In this document: in pieces, positions 42,552 to 52,433 of the stretch
Numbering within the stretch: the stretch's first letter is position 1
How the letters are laid out: each line of letters opens with the position of its first letter
Origin: an uncultured delta proteobacterium
GTDB lineage: Bacteria; Desulfobacterota; Binatia; UBA9968
Length of the DNA: 64,000 nucleotides
Direction: 5' to 3'
NCBI GenBank assembly: GCA_963816145.1
Contig: CAWFJP010000030.1
Coordinates: 448,001-512,000, forward strand
Made by a program: the position numbers and the translations under genes
The notes under the pieces: model-generated
Database searches by the model: none
Told to the model about the DNA's origin: nothing
What the model saw: only the letters and a program-made list of their open reading frames with translations

Positions 42552-42850
42552 CTATTTCCCAATTTCCAACTCCCTCAGAGCCTGGCGCGCCAGGGAGAAA
42601 TCCCGCACTTCGTCGAGCGGCCGCTTCTTATCGCCCAACGTAATCATCGGCGCCTCGAGTTCGGCGTCGCTCATCAAGCCGTCTCGGCTCAAACCTTTCA
42701 ATTCGTATTCGTAGAAATGGGCCGCCACTTCCGGCGTCTGCGGCCACTATTGCAGCAAAGATTGGAGGGTTTTGTGTTGATTTTCCAGGAAATCACGCCA
42801 TGGCCCATATGATCTTCGCTTCTAGCGCTGCGCCGGGTTTTTTAATATAT
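42552..42850 (-). pseudogene. Decayed 3' fragment of an ABC binding protein paralogous to 45235-46197
   Basis: ELKGLSRDGLMSDAE...LGDKKRPLDEVRDFSLAR versus ELKTGLNRDGTMTDAE...LGDKKRPLDEVRDFSFAR; in-frame stop upstream. Confidence 0.8.
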
Positions 42851-42881
42851 CTGCGTAAACTTGCACTTAGGGGGATTCCCG

Positions 42882-43868
42882 ATGGGTTCACGTGCCAATC
42901 GTTTCGTTTGCATTGCCGTACTGCTAACCATCTTCTGCGCGTATACCAGCGCGCGCAGCGCCGAGCTGATCCCTCTGCGCGCGACCTATGCCTCCGTCGG
43001 CGGCGCCTTTGCCCCGCTTTGGATCGCCCAGGATAAAGGCGTCTTCAACAAATATGGCCTAGCCGTCGACCTCAAATACATGCTCTCGGCCACCGGCACC
43101 CAAGCGTTGCTGTCGGGCAGCGTCGACATCGTCAATCCGGCGACGGAGTTGATCGAAGCCGGCCTCGGCGGCGCCAGAGTCGCTTTCATCATCGGCATCC
43201 TCAATCGTGCCGTGTTGTCGATTTACAGCAAGCCGGAGTTCAAACAACTCACGGATTTGAAAGGCAAGGTCCTCGGCGTAACGCTGCCCGGCTCGACAAC
43301 CGATCTGGCCGCGCGGATGCTGCTCCAGCAAGCCGGCATGATCCCAGGCAAAGACATCCAGATCACTCATTTGCAAGGCATGCCCGACATGATCACGGCG
43401 TTAAGCCAGGGGCGCATCGACGCCGGCATCGTTTCCGCGCCGACGACGCTCAAGGCCAAGCAAGCCGGTATGAAAGAACTGGTCGATATCACGGCGCGCA
43501 ACATACCCATGATCCACGCGGGGTTGGCAACGACCCGCGACTTCATCAAGAGCAATCCTGATAAATTGCGCCGCTACGTGCAGGCGTACATCGAGGCCAA
43601 CAAAATCGCCCGCACCGATGCCGAGACCACCAAGCAAGTGATCGGCAAATGGACCAAGACTGAAAACAAAGAAGACCTTGACGAAACTTACAACACCTAT
43701 ATAAAGGCCTGGGAGCAAGCGCCCTACGTTTCCGGCGCGGCAATGCAGGCGGTGTTGAATTTCGCCATCAATCCCAACGCCAAAACCGCCAAACCGGAGC
43801 AGTTTATCGACAACTCGTTTGTCGCCGAATTGGACAAGTCCGGCTTCATCAAGGAACTGTACAAATAA
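42882..43868 (+). CDS. ABC substrate-binding protein (SsuA/THI5-like)
   Basis: PLWIAQDKGVFNKYGL, DLKGKVLGV, FIDNSFV. Confidence 0.87.
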   Translation: MGSRANRFVCIAVLLTIFCAYTSARSAELIPLRATYASVGGAFAPLWIAQDKGVFNKYGLAVDLKYMLSATGTQALLSGSVDIVNPATELIEAGLGGARVAFIIGILNRAVLSIYSKPEFKQLTDLKGKVLGVTLPGSTTDLAARMLLQQAGMIPGKDIQITHLQGMPDMITALSQGRIDAGIVSAPTTLKAKQAGMKELVDITARNIPMIHAGLATTRDFIKSNPDKLRRYVQAYIEANKIARTDAETTKQVIGKWTKTENKEDLDETYNTYIKAWEQAPYVSGAAMQAVLNFAINPNAKTAKPEQFIDNSFVAELDKSGFIKELYK

Positions 43869-43884
43869 GAGGGAAAATCCTCTT

Positions 43885-43968
43885 TCACCACGAAGACACG
43901 AAGAACACGAAGGAAAAACATAACTTAATTTTCCGCACTTCGTGCTCCTTCGTGCCCTTCGCGGTGAA
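43885..43968. repeat. Inverted CACGAAG 9-mer array, family B
   Basis: CACCACGAAGACACGAAG...CTTCGTG...GGTGA; also at about 35191, 48433 and 60613. Confidence 0.85.
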
Positions 43969-44003
43969 CAGATCGGTGCGCATTAGTAACCAGGAAAAAC
44001 CCC

Positions 44004-45143
44004 TTGGACTTCGGCTTCACTCAAGAACAGCAACGGCTGATCGAGCGCGTCAGCGCTCTGGTCAGCGATCGCATCGCGCCGCGGGCGGCAGGCTACGACG
44101 CCGATTTCGCGGCGCCGCTCGACGACATCCGCGATCTCCATCGCGAAGGCTGGCTGCTCGCCAATCTCGATCCGCGGCGCGGCGGCCTCGGCTTCGGTCT
44201 ATACGGCGACGATCCGCTGAGTTTTTTTCTCATCGACGAACACTTGGCCTACGGCAATCCCTCGACTGCCCACTGCTTCCAAGTGCACAACAACGCCCTG
44301 ATGATGATCGATGCCATGGCGAGCGACGGCCAAATCGAAAACTGGATCGAGCCAACGATCGCGCGCGCCGCCTTGATCCCCGGCGCCGGCGCCGAGCCCT
44401 TCGGCGTGCCGCCGACGATTGCGACGAAAGTTGCCGGCGGTTATCTGGTCAGCGGCACCAAACACTACGCCACCAATGCCAGCATGGCCGAGTGGCTTTG
44501 GCTCGGCCGGGTGGCTTCGGATTCTCATCCAAAGCCGATCATGCTGATGCTGCACAAAGACACGCCGGGCTTGACGATCGACAGCGGCGCGTGGCGCCCC
44601 ACCGGCATGCGCGCCTGCGTCAGCCCTTGGCTCTATTTAAATGATTGTTTCGTGCCCGAAGAAAATCTTTTGGGCCGGCCGGGGCAGTTCCTCGATGAAA
44701 ACTGGATGGGAAAAATAAACTTCGCCTTCACGGCCAATTATCTCGGCGCGGCGCGGGCGATGTACGATTGGTCGCTGGCCTATATCCGCGAACGCAACGG
44801 CGGTAAAGACAGCTACCGCCAGCTGCGCTTCGGCGAGCTAAAATCCCTGCTCGACGCCGCCAGACTGATTCTCTACAACGCCGTGCGCATGTTCAAGAAG
44901 AGCCCGGATCAGGCAATGATCGCCGCCCACGAAGCCAAGTGGATGGCCAAAGAGACTTTGGAGAAAGTGATGTGGAGCGCCGGCGAAATCTGCGGCTCCA
45001 CCGCGCTCTTCGTCAACCATCCATTGGAGCGTTTCTACCGCGACATGCATTTGCACATGATGCATGGCCGGCACGATATCGCCGCGCAAATCGTCGGCGC
45101 TGCGGAACTAGGCGAGGAATACGACACGAATCGAAATCACTGA
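44004..45143 (+). CDS. Acyl-CoA dehydrogenase-fold protein (possibly a DszC/SfnB-like flavin monooxygenase)
   Basis: MDFGFTQEQ, GTKHYATN, WRPTGMR, LERFYRD. Confidence 0.85.
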   Translation: MDFGFTQEQQRLIERVSALVSDRIAPRAAGYDADFAAPLDDIRDLHREGWLLANLDPRRGGLGFGLYGDDPLSFFLIDEHLAYGNPSTAHCFQVHNNALMMIDAMASDGQIENWIEPTIARAALIPGAGAEPFGVPPTIATKVAGGYLVSGTKHYATNASMAEWLWLGRVASDSHPKPIMLMLHKDTPGLTIDSGAWRPTGMRACVSPWLYLNDCFVPEENLLGRPGQFLDENWMGKINFAFTANYLGAARAMYDWSLAYIRERNGGKDSYRQLRFGELKSLLDAARLILYNAVRMFKKSPDQAMIAAHEAKWMAKETLEKVMWSAGEICGSTALFVNHPLERFYRDMHLHMMHGRHDIAAQIVGAAELGEEYDTNRNH

Positions 45144-45159
45144 GCCCGCGCCGCGCGGG

Positions 45160-45231
45160 CGTTCCAATCGTTCAAAACGTTCCAGCCGTTCAAGCCCTCA
45201 CCCTGCCCTCTCCCGCGTCGCGGGAGAGGGT
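45160..45231. repeat. Family A 9-mer array plus family D hairpin between convergent genes
   Basis: GTTCCAATCGTTCAAAACGTTCCA...CCCTCTCCC...GGGAGAGGG. Confidence 0.75.
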
Positions 45232-45234
45232 TCT

Positions 45235-46197
45235 CTATTTCAGTCCCAGTTCCTTGAACGCGTCTCGGGCAAAGGAGAAATCGCGCACTTCGTCGAGCGG
45301 CCGTTTTTTGTCGCCAAGTCTTTCGATGATCGCGTTAATTTCGGCGTCGGTCATGGTGCCGTCGCGATTGAGACCGGTCTTGAGCTCGGCATCATAGGAG
45401 TGCTCCGCGATATCGAGGGGCTGCGGCAGCCACTTGATCAGCGTCTGAAGAGAATCCTGGCGATTCTCCAGAATATGTTGGTGGGCCCGGAGGAGCGCTT
45501 TGAGCGTGCGCCGGACCAGCTGGGGATTTTCCTTGAGCAATTTATCCGAGGTCAGCATGCCCGCGGAGGGCAGACCAACTTCCGGCGGACCGAGAAGCGC
45601 GTTGTAGCCCATCTTGCGCAGCATCAGGTCGTGCGGCGGCGCCAGACAAACCGACTCTACCGCGCCGCTAATCAGCGCCTGCATGCGCACCGGCCCGTCG
45701 CCGATGGCGACGGATTGGATCTGGCTAATGTTGAAACCCTTGGCTTGCAACATCTCCTCGGCAACCAATTGATCCGTTCCTTTGATCGTTGCCACGCCAA
45801 GCTTTTTGCCGCGAAGTTGTTGCACCTCTTTGATCTCGGGCCGCACCATTAAGAAATACGGCCCTTTCTTGATGTGCACGAAAGCGAGCTTGATCGGCAG
45901 TCCCTGAAGCGCGCCGCGAAAAACACTGGTGAACGGCGTGGCGAAGGCGACCTCGCCGCTGGTCACCGCCGCCGCACCCAGTCGAGGGTTCATCTGGATG
46001 ATCTCGACGTCGAGGCCCTGTTCTTTGAAGAAGCCCTTTTGCAGCGCCATGTATTGCGGCAGCGCCGAGCTGCTCCGGCTCGCATAGGCGATGCGGACTT
46101 TGGGCGCCTCGGCGCCGTATCCGGCTACGGTCAGCGCTAGAAACCCAACAACCACCGCGGTGAGAACCAATTTACTTCGCATCATGATACACCTCAC
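45235..46197 (-). CDS. ABC substrate-binding protein (SsuA/THI5-like)
   Basis: KGFFKEQGLDVE, LRGKKLGV. Confidence 0.87.
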   Translation of the reverse strand: MRCIMMRSKLVLTAVVVGFLALTVAGYGAEAPKVRIAYASRSSSALPQYMALQKGFFKEQGLDVEIIQMNPRLGAAAVTSGEVAFATPFTSVFRGALQGLPIKLAFVHIKKGPYFLMVRPEIKEVQQLRGKKLGVATIKGTDQLVAEEMLQAKGFNISQIQSVAIGDGPVRMQALISGAVESVCLAPPHDLMLRKMGYNALLGPPEVGLPSAGMLTSDKLLKENPQLVRRTLKALLRAHQHILENRQDSLQTLIKWLPQPLDIAEHSYDAELKTGLNRDGTMTDAEINAIIERLGDKKRPLDEVRDFSFARDAFKELGLK

Positions 46198-47159
46198 TGA
46201 ATCCCCAACTCCTTCTGTGCTTCTCGCAGCAGCGTGTAGTCGACCAGCCGCTCCGGCGGAAAGTCGACGTTCTTGCCCACCGCGGTGCCCAGGGTCTCGA
46301 TCATATTCCTGAGCCCTTTGTCTGTGGCCAAGCCGTTCTCGCTCATCGCCGGCACGAGCGATGTATAGACCTTGTCGGCCACCGTCTCTTGCAGCTTATA
46401 ATCTTTGGCGATGAAGCGCACCGTGTCGGCGCGATTTTTGAGAGTGAACTGCAAGCCGCGCAAGGTGCCGCGCAACAAACGCTTGATCAGCTCGCGCTTG
46501 TTCTTGAGTGTCGCATCGGAAACCGTAAAGCCGCTCTGAGGAAATTCCAAATAATCGCCGGTGTAAGCGAGCACGCGCAGCCCCATCTGTTCAGCGTAAA
46601 TGTTGAACGGCGGCGACAGCGTGGTCGCGTCCATCGACCCCGCCTTCAATCCCTGCAAACGCGTCGCCGTCGATCCGGCCACGATGCGCTTGATATCCTT
46701 GTCGGGGTCGAGCTTGCCGCTCCGGGCATAAACTTTCATCGCCAGGTCGGTATCGCTGCCAAACGAACTGATGCCGATGGTCTTGCCGCGCAGGTCGGCG
46801 GCACTGCGGATCTCCGGCTTGGCCACGACATAGAATGTCGGCTTTTTGAAGAGCCATATTACCGTGCGCACCGGCACGTTCTGGCTGGCGATCGCCCGTG
46901 ACGCCGTGCCGACACAACCGCTCGCCTGCAAGTCGCCGGTCAGCAGGGCGGTCACGGCGACATCGCACTTCGTGTGCAATAATTTCACGTCGAGCCCGAG
47001 TTCACGGAAAAAGCCGCGCTCGATAGCCAGATCGAAATGAAAAAAATTCAGGCTCTTGCCTGGATTACCGATGAAAACCTCTTCGCCCCACCCCTGAGAG
47101 CCCCACAGCAATGCGAGCATGACGAGACAAAGATATGCGATATGTCTAGCGTTCAACAT
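46194..47159 (-). CDS. ABC substrate-binding protein (SsuA/THI5-like)
   Basis: RGFFRELGLDV, DLRGKTIGISSFGS. Confidence 0.87.
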   Translation of the reverse strand: MLNARHIAYLCLVMLALLWGSQGWGEEVFIGNPGKSLNFFHFDLAIERGFFRELGLDVKLLHTKCDVAVTALLTGDLQASGCVGTASRAIASQNVPVRTVIWLFKKPTFYVVAKPEIRSAADLRGKTIGISSFGSDTDLAMKVYARSGKLDPDKDIKRIVAGSTATRLQGLKAGSMDATTLSPPFNIYAEQMGLRVLAYTGDYLEFPQSGFTVSDATLKNKRELIKRLLRGTLRGLQFTLKNRADTVRFIAKDYKLQETVADKVYTSLVPAMSENGLATDKGLRNMIETLGTAVGKNVDFPPERLVDYTLLREAQKELGIQ

Positions 47160-47176
47160 GCGTTGTCCCCAACCGC

Positions 47177-47258
47177 GGAGTGATGGAGTACTGAAACGTT
47201 GGAGAAGTGGGCAGGACCCATCATTCCAGTACGCCATTTCTCCAACACTCCAGTCTCC
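47177..47258. repeat. Inverted octamer array (GGAGTGAT / ACTCCA)
   Basis: Read directly; degenerate. Confidence 0.6.
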
Positions 47259-48352
47259 TAAACCGCATAGAACGCCCGCGGATTGTCGTACAAGATTTTC
47301 TGCCGCAATCGCGGCGCAATATCTTCGCGAACGTTGAGTGCGTTGACGAACTGATCTTCGCGCGACGGATCGTTATGCGGATAGTCGGAACCGATCAACA
47401 GATGATCTTCACCGGTGTATTTGGCGATATAGGGAATATCCTCGTCGGCTTCGCAGGCGATATAGAGCCGGTATTCGCGGAACAGATCGGCGGCAGTGCC
47501 GTATTTGAAACGATCTTTGAGCAGCCGGCGGATGATGTGAATCAGAAACGGCGCCCATCCCGCCGCCGCTTCGATGAAGCCGAAACGCAAACCAGGGAAC
47601 TGTTCGGGAATCCGGTTGGCGACCAGATCGCGAAACGCCAACAGTGGCATCACCCGGGTGTGGCCAAAGGTATGGTTGCGCGCGAGATCGAACATCTCCA
47701 ATATCTGCTTCACGCCGCAGCCGGTGTGCACGCAGATCGACAGATTGTGTTTCTGCGCTTCCTCGTAGACGGGGAAAAGATACGGATGGTCGAGCGTGTA
47801 CTCGCCTTCGATGCCGCGGAAGAACACCCCCACCGCGCCGTTCTGCTTGGCAAAGCGGATTTCGTCGATGGCGGCATTCATCGATTGCAACGGCAAGACC
47901 ACCACCCACTTCATCAGCCCGCCCGACTCGGCGCAGGCCTGAGCGAGGAAGCGATTGTAGGCGCGGCACAGCGCCACTTCCAGCTCTTTGTCCTTGGTGT
48001 TGTAGACCAGAAATAAGGTTGGATAGACGATCTGCATCGCCGTATTGAGCTTTTCCATGTCGGCCAGCCGGCCCTTGATATCGGTCATCTCGCGCGTTGC
48101 CGGCGTCGAGTCCTTGCGCCCCGCCTGGACCTTCTGCTCCGACGGCGTGACTAGCGCAAAGCTGCCTTTGCCGGCCGGCTTGGGAAAGATCTCGCCATCG
48201 ATTAGCCAAAATGCGTTGCGGTTGCCGTACCAGGTGTCGTCCGGCACCTGCAACATGATCGGCCGGCGCAGCTGCATCGCCTGATCCATCAGCGCCCACA
48301 TCGCAGCGCCTTCGGATATATGCGTGTCGGCGTCGATTATTCCTTTCATCAC
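47258..48352 (-). CDS. Amidohydrolase_2 family protein (LigW/ACMSD-like)
   Basis: IDADTHI, CRAYNRFL, IEAAAGW, GSDYPH. Confidence 0.87.
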   Translation of the reverse strand: MMKGIIDADTHISEGAAMWALMDQAMQLRRPIMLQVPDDTWYGNRNAFWLIDGEIFPKPAGKGSFALVTPSEQKVQAGRKDSTPATREMTDIKGRLADMEKLNTAMQIVYPTLFLVYNTKDKELEVALCRAYNRFLAQACAESGGLMKWVVVLPLQSMNAAIDEIRFAKQNGAVGVFFRGIEGEYTLDHPYLFPVYEEAQKHNLSICVHTGCGVKQILEMFDLARNHTFGHTRVMPLLAFRDLVANRIPEQFPGLRFGFIEAAAGWAPFLIHIIRRLLKDRFKYGTAADLFREYRLYIACEADEDIPYIAKYTGEDHLLIGSDYPHNDPSREDQFVNALNVREDIAPRLRQKILYDNPRAFYAV

Positions 48353-48432
48353 TCACCTCCAAAAAACATCTCAGCGGCAAGCGAAACTGCAAGCCGCCAA
48401 GGCCAATAAAGCCGAAGATGCAAAGACCACAC

Positions 48433-48707
48433 TCACCACGAAGGCACGAAGGACACGAAGGTTTCGGATATTTTTTATTCCGAACTTCGTGATTTTTGTG
48501 TCTTCTTAGGAAACGCATGTGCAGGTACGATCTGGGCGACGAAATGGCATGAGGCTTCCGTCATACCGGCGAAAGTCGGTATCCAGCCCCTCCCTCCCCT
48601 GGATGCCGGCCTGCGCCGGCATGACGAATCAAGGGAGCAACCCTGTGGTGCTGGGAGAACTGCAATTTCATACTCTTCTGTAGACGAGCGTAAGCTCATG
48701 GACACTT
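48433..48707 (-). repeat. Composite ~270-bp repeated element, copy 2
   Basis: Homologous to 34996-35261 in the opposite orientation. Confidence 0.85.
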
Positions 48708-48730
48708 CGTTGTGACATCAGACCGTCTCA

Positions 48731-49582
48731 CTAAAACAAATTGTGCTCGATTGACAAATAAAGAATTGCACCCAGATTGGGGGTGTTGCGATTGAGACCG
48801 ACCGGCATGGCCGCGCCGGTGACGATCTGCAACTTATCCTCGTTGACAATCGCCGTCCTAAAGCCCGGCGACAGGATCGACAAGAACGATCGCTCCCTCT
48901 TGCCAACACTATCGAAGCTTTGGTCGAAGACCCCGGCCCACTCCAACATCAGATGAAAGCGTGGGAATAGTGCGTAAATCGCGCTACCGCCGAAATTAAC
49001 CAAAGTCAGAGATTTCTTTGCCGAGTTGCCATCAGTGTTCGCCGGCGCTTTGACATGCGGAAAGAAAGTCGCACCGACGTTGCCATTAAGCCCGATCCGG
49101 TCGGTAATCTTCTTGCTGACTGGCAAGTTCAACTGATATCCGAACACGTTATTGCCGTTGTGTCTTTTGCGATCGCCGGTTGGGAAGATCAGACTAAAAC
49201 GCGGCGCCACCGCGGGCTGGAGATCGCCTTCGTAAAGCAACTGGTATCGATAGTTAAGCAGGACATCACCGAGGCCCGAGACACGCGAACCATCGTCGAC
49301 CAGATGGTAAGATGGGATGGTGTACGAAATCTGATGATCCTGAGAGAACACCGGCCATTCTTGCGTAAAAGTAAATCCCCACCCATGCGTACCGCCTGAC
49401 TTCACGTACGTAGCAGTGAAAATATTCTGCACCACGCCGGCTTCTTGGTTGTAAGCTTCTTCGACGAGATAACTATTGTCCTCGATTACATCGATCGGTC
49501 TTTCATCCGCCGCGTTCACGCTACTGGCTAGCCACATCACTACCGCCAGTGCTGCGCCAGCACACCTGTTGTACCGCATCAT
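48731..49582 (-). CDS. Putative outer-membrane barrel (MetA-pathway/phenol degradation transporter-like)
   Basis: Signal peptide, DNSYLVEEAYNQE, SGLGDVLLNYRYQ, C-terminal Phe. Confidence 0.7.
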   Translation of the reverse strand: MMRYNRCAGAALAVVMWLASSVNAADERPIDVIEDNSYLVEEAYNQEAGVVQNIFTATYVKSGGTHGWGFTFTQEWPVFSQDHQISYTIPSYHLVDDGSRVSGLGDVLLNYRYQLLYEGDLQPAVAPRFSLIFPTGDRKRHNGNNVFGYQLNLPVSKKITDRIGLNGNVGATFFPHVKAPANTDGNSAKKSLTLVNFGGSAIYALFPRFHLMLEWAGVFDQSFDSVGKRERSFLSILSPGFRTAIVNEDKLQIVTGAAMPVGLNRNTPNLGAILYLSIEHNLF

Positions 49583-49639
49583 ACCCCCAATTTACGTATT
49601 AGCTATTGAAAGTAGCGCAAATCGACCAATTATTGAACC

Positions 49640-50068
49640 GTCAGAGCCTTTGCTTTGGGGGCTTTCCTTGGCTGCGGCGTCGAGTACCACTTCCATCCCT
49701 TTGAGCGTTGGCCTGCCGTCGTCAGGCGTGGCTCATATGGCACCGTTTTAGACGAATCCCATAATCCGTATTGCTGCCCAACCGGCTGATCCCGATCTTT
49801 TTCCGCTTGAGCTGCTCCGGGTTGCTAGTCCCCTCAACCGCCACGAAAGTGTCAGGCAACACATGTTTTACACCGCCAACGATTTTGATTTTGGCACCCT
49901 GCAGATAGGCACTCACGACAGGCGGACTACCGGCCAACGCCACAATACTCTTACCGATCAACCCTTGCAGCGACAGGGAGCCGCCGCGGGATATATCGAT
50001 GGATCCGTTCGCGCCCACATCGCTTCGCCTTCGGGAATACGCGATCTGCGTCAATCACACCGTCCATG
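49640..50068 (-). pseudogene. Internally deleted, decayed ABC binding protein
   Basis: GGSLSLQGL...EQLKRKKIGISRLGSNTD lies directly next to C-terminal-type RPTLKGMEVVLDAAAKESPKAK. Confidence 0.7.
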
Positions 50069-50424
50069 GTTAATCTCCCTTAAGCTGCTTCTTAAATGCA
50101 AATCGAAGTGGTCGGTTCAATAAGAACTCAGCCCTCAGGAGTAATGGATCCTGCTTAGTATGGAGAAACGGCAAGCGTCAAGAGAAGAATCCAGCATCGA
50201 AAAACTCACGGCAACGATCGGGCAAAAGAGCGCCTAGTGCAGTTTCCAAGCCGAGACAGACACGCTTGCCTTGGTAGCGGCTGTCGGGACTTCCGGAGTA
50301 TTCTTGGTATTTGTGTCATTCCCTTTAGATTTTGTTCCATCGCGGAACACGAGGATCGGCCGTAGAACTTACAAGAGGATCGTGGTACGAGACGTGCTGG
50401 TCAATCGCCATGGGGGATAGTTAC

Positions 50425-52299
50425 ATGGCGCTCGACCAGCTGAGTTCGGAATCCAGCGATGATTGCATTGGATGGGATGATTCGGATCTCGGGAGATCCA
50501 TCACCGATCGCTTTGAACGAGTTGTCCGGCAGTATCCTCATCGGCTCGCCGTCAAAACTCATGAACAACAACTGACTTACGACGAGCTCAACCAAGCCGC
50601 CAATCGCCTCGCCCGCCGGATTGTGACTGCGCAAGGAACAAGCAACGAACCGGTCGCCATACTGATGGATCAAGGCGCGGGTATGATTATCGCTATTCTG
50701 GCCGTCCTGAAAGCGGGAAAAATCTACGTCCCGCTTGATTGTTCAAGCTCCGCCGAAAGCCTCCAATCCATTCTATTGGATTGTCAGACTAAGTGCATAG
50801 TCACCGATAATGCGCATAAGCCACAAAAAGCCAGAGGCACTCAAATTATCAACCTTGACGAATTGGACGCAACTATTTGCACAGACAATGTCGCGCTGGC
50901 GCTCACTCCCGACACATGGTCGTCGATCATTTACACTTCGGGTTCAACAGGCGTACCCAAGGGCGTGCTTGAAGACCACAAATACATTCTTCGTATCATT
51001 CGTGCTTACAGTGAAAATGTTGACATCTCACCCAATGATAAGCTTATTCTCCTTTTTTCATTGGCTTCTAACGCTTCCCTCGGAAATCTCTTTGGTGCTT
51101 TGCTCAACGGGGCGACCATTTACTGCCTTGACCTAAAAAACGAAAACATGGCTCGGCTTGCGGCGTGGTTAAGGCAGGAAAAGATTACGATTTACCATTC
51201 CAGCGCTAGCCTTTTCCGAAAATTCGCTGAGAGCGTTCAAGACGGCGAAATTTTCCCAGACGTCCGTATCGTTCAACTGAGCGCCGAGCCCGTTTTGCCG
51301 GGAGACTTTGAGTTATGCAGACGGCACTTTGTACCCGAATGTATTTTCATTAATAGTTTTGCGACAACGGAGGTGGGGCCTTTTCTGCAATATCGACTGG
51401 AGCTCGCGACTTCTTTTATGGGAGACGTTTTGCCCATAGGCTTTCCCACAAACGGAATGCGGGTTTACCTTATTGACGACGACGGGCGACAGGTGGGTCC
51501 TTACGCGACAGGTGAGCTTGTCGTCCAAAGCCGTTACTTGTCTCTCGGCTATTGGGACAAACCAGAGCTGACCGCAAGCAAATTCCTTCCTGACCCGGAA
51601 GGTGGCGATCAATGGCTGTACCTCACAGGAGACCTTGGCCGCATGACAGCTGATGGTTGTTTTTTCCATGTTGGCCGCAAGGATTTTCAGGTTAAGATTA
51701 GAGGATATCGGGTAAACACCGGCGAAGTTGAAATGATCATGCTCTCTCACCCTGGCGTCAAGCAGGTGGCTGTCTTGAGCCAGACGAAAAAAAATAGTGA
51801 AACGTACCTTATAGCTTATTATGTACCGGCCCAAGAGACGATCCGCACGGGAGCAAAACTGCAGGCCTATCTGAGAGAACGCCTTCCGGAGTATATGGTT
51901 CCGTCGGCTTTCGTAAAGGTCGACGTTTTGCCAACGGCGCCAAGCGGGAAAGTGGATCGGTGCGTGCTTGCGTCACTGAAGAATGTCAAGGCGGAATGCG
52001 AAAGCTTCTTCGTCGCCGCTCGTACGCCGATTGAAGAAACGTTGACAGAAATGTGGACGGAGATTCTCGGAACAGAACCAGTCGGAATTCACGATAATTT
52101 TCTGGAGCTCGGTGGCCATTCGTTGAACGCTATTCAAATCATCGCACGGGTGCGTGCAATCTTCGGCGTCGAGCTATCCATGCAGTCCTTGATCGACGCG
52201 AACGCGGCAACCGTAGCCGTTATCGCCGGCTGGATCGAACAATTGATTCAGAGCCAGGGACACGAGACGAACAGCCACTCATATGAAATTCGCGGATGA
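50425..52299 (+). CDS. Stand-alone NRPS-like adenylation-thiolation didomain
   Basis: LTYDELN, YTSGSTGVPKG, TGDLG, GRKDFQVKIRGYRV, LPEYMVP, SGKVDR, PCP motif DNFLELGGHSL. Confidence 0.9.
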   Translation: MALDQLSSESSDDCIGWDDSDLGRSITDRFERVVRQYPHRLAVKTHEQQLTYDELNQAANRLARRIVTAQGTSNEPVAILMDQGAGMIIAILAVLKAGKIYVPLDCSSSAESLQSILLDCQTKCIVTDNAHKPQKARGTQIINLDELDATICTDNVALALTPDTWSSIIYTSGSTGVPKGVLEDHKYILRIIRAYSENVDISPNDKLILLFSLASNASLGNLFGALLNGATIYCLDLKNENMARLAAWLRQEKITIYHSSASLFRKFAESVQDGEIFPDVRIVQLSAEPVLPGDFELCRRHFVPECIFINSFATTEVGPFLQYRLELATSFMGDVLPIGFPTNGMRVYLIDDDGRQVGPYATGELVVQSRYLSLGYWDKPELTASKFLPDPEGGDQWLYLTGDLGRMTADGCFFHVGRKDFQVKIRGYRVNTGEVEMIMLSHPGVKQVAVLSQTKKNSETYLIAYYVPAQETIRTGAKLQAYLRERLPEYMVPSAFVKVDVLPTAPSGKVDRCVLASLKNVKAECESFFVAARTPIEETLTEMWTEILGTEPVGIHDNFLELGGHSLNAIQIIARVRAIFGVELSMQSLIDANAATVAVIAGWIEQLIQSQGHETNSHSYEIRG

Positions 52300-52433
52300 C
52301 AACGTCCCTGACCAAAAAAACTCATCGGCGTGGGTGAAATGACTTTTGTTAAAAATCATACCAATTCCTCGTTCTATTTAGTAAAGGCCGCAATCCTCCA
52401 AAACGGCTGGCACGATTTGAACGGGCGGAACTT

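Noticed and set aside
47409-48518. Long alternative-frame and antisense ORFs (this one, 52716-53681, 56703-57599 and others)
   Set aside because: They overlap well-supported genes, are Arg/Ala-rich and lack motifs, as expected of high-GC shadow ORFs
50205-50340. Small minus-strand ORF upstream of the A-T gene as a RiPP precursor
   Set aside because: No leader/core pattern and no modifying enzymes nearby
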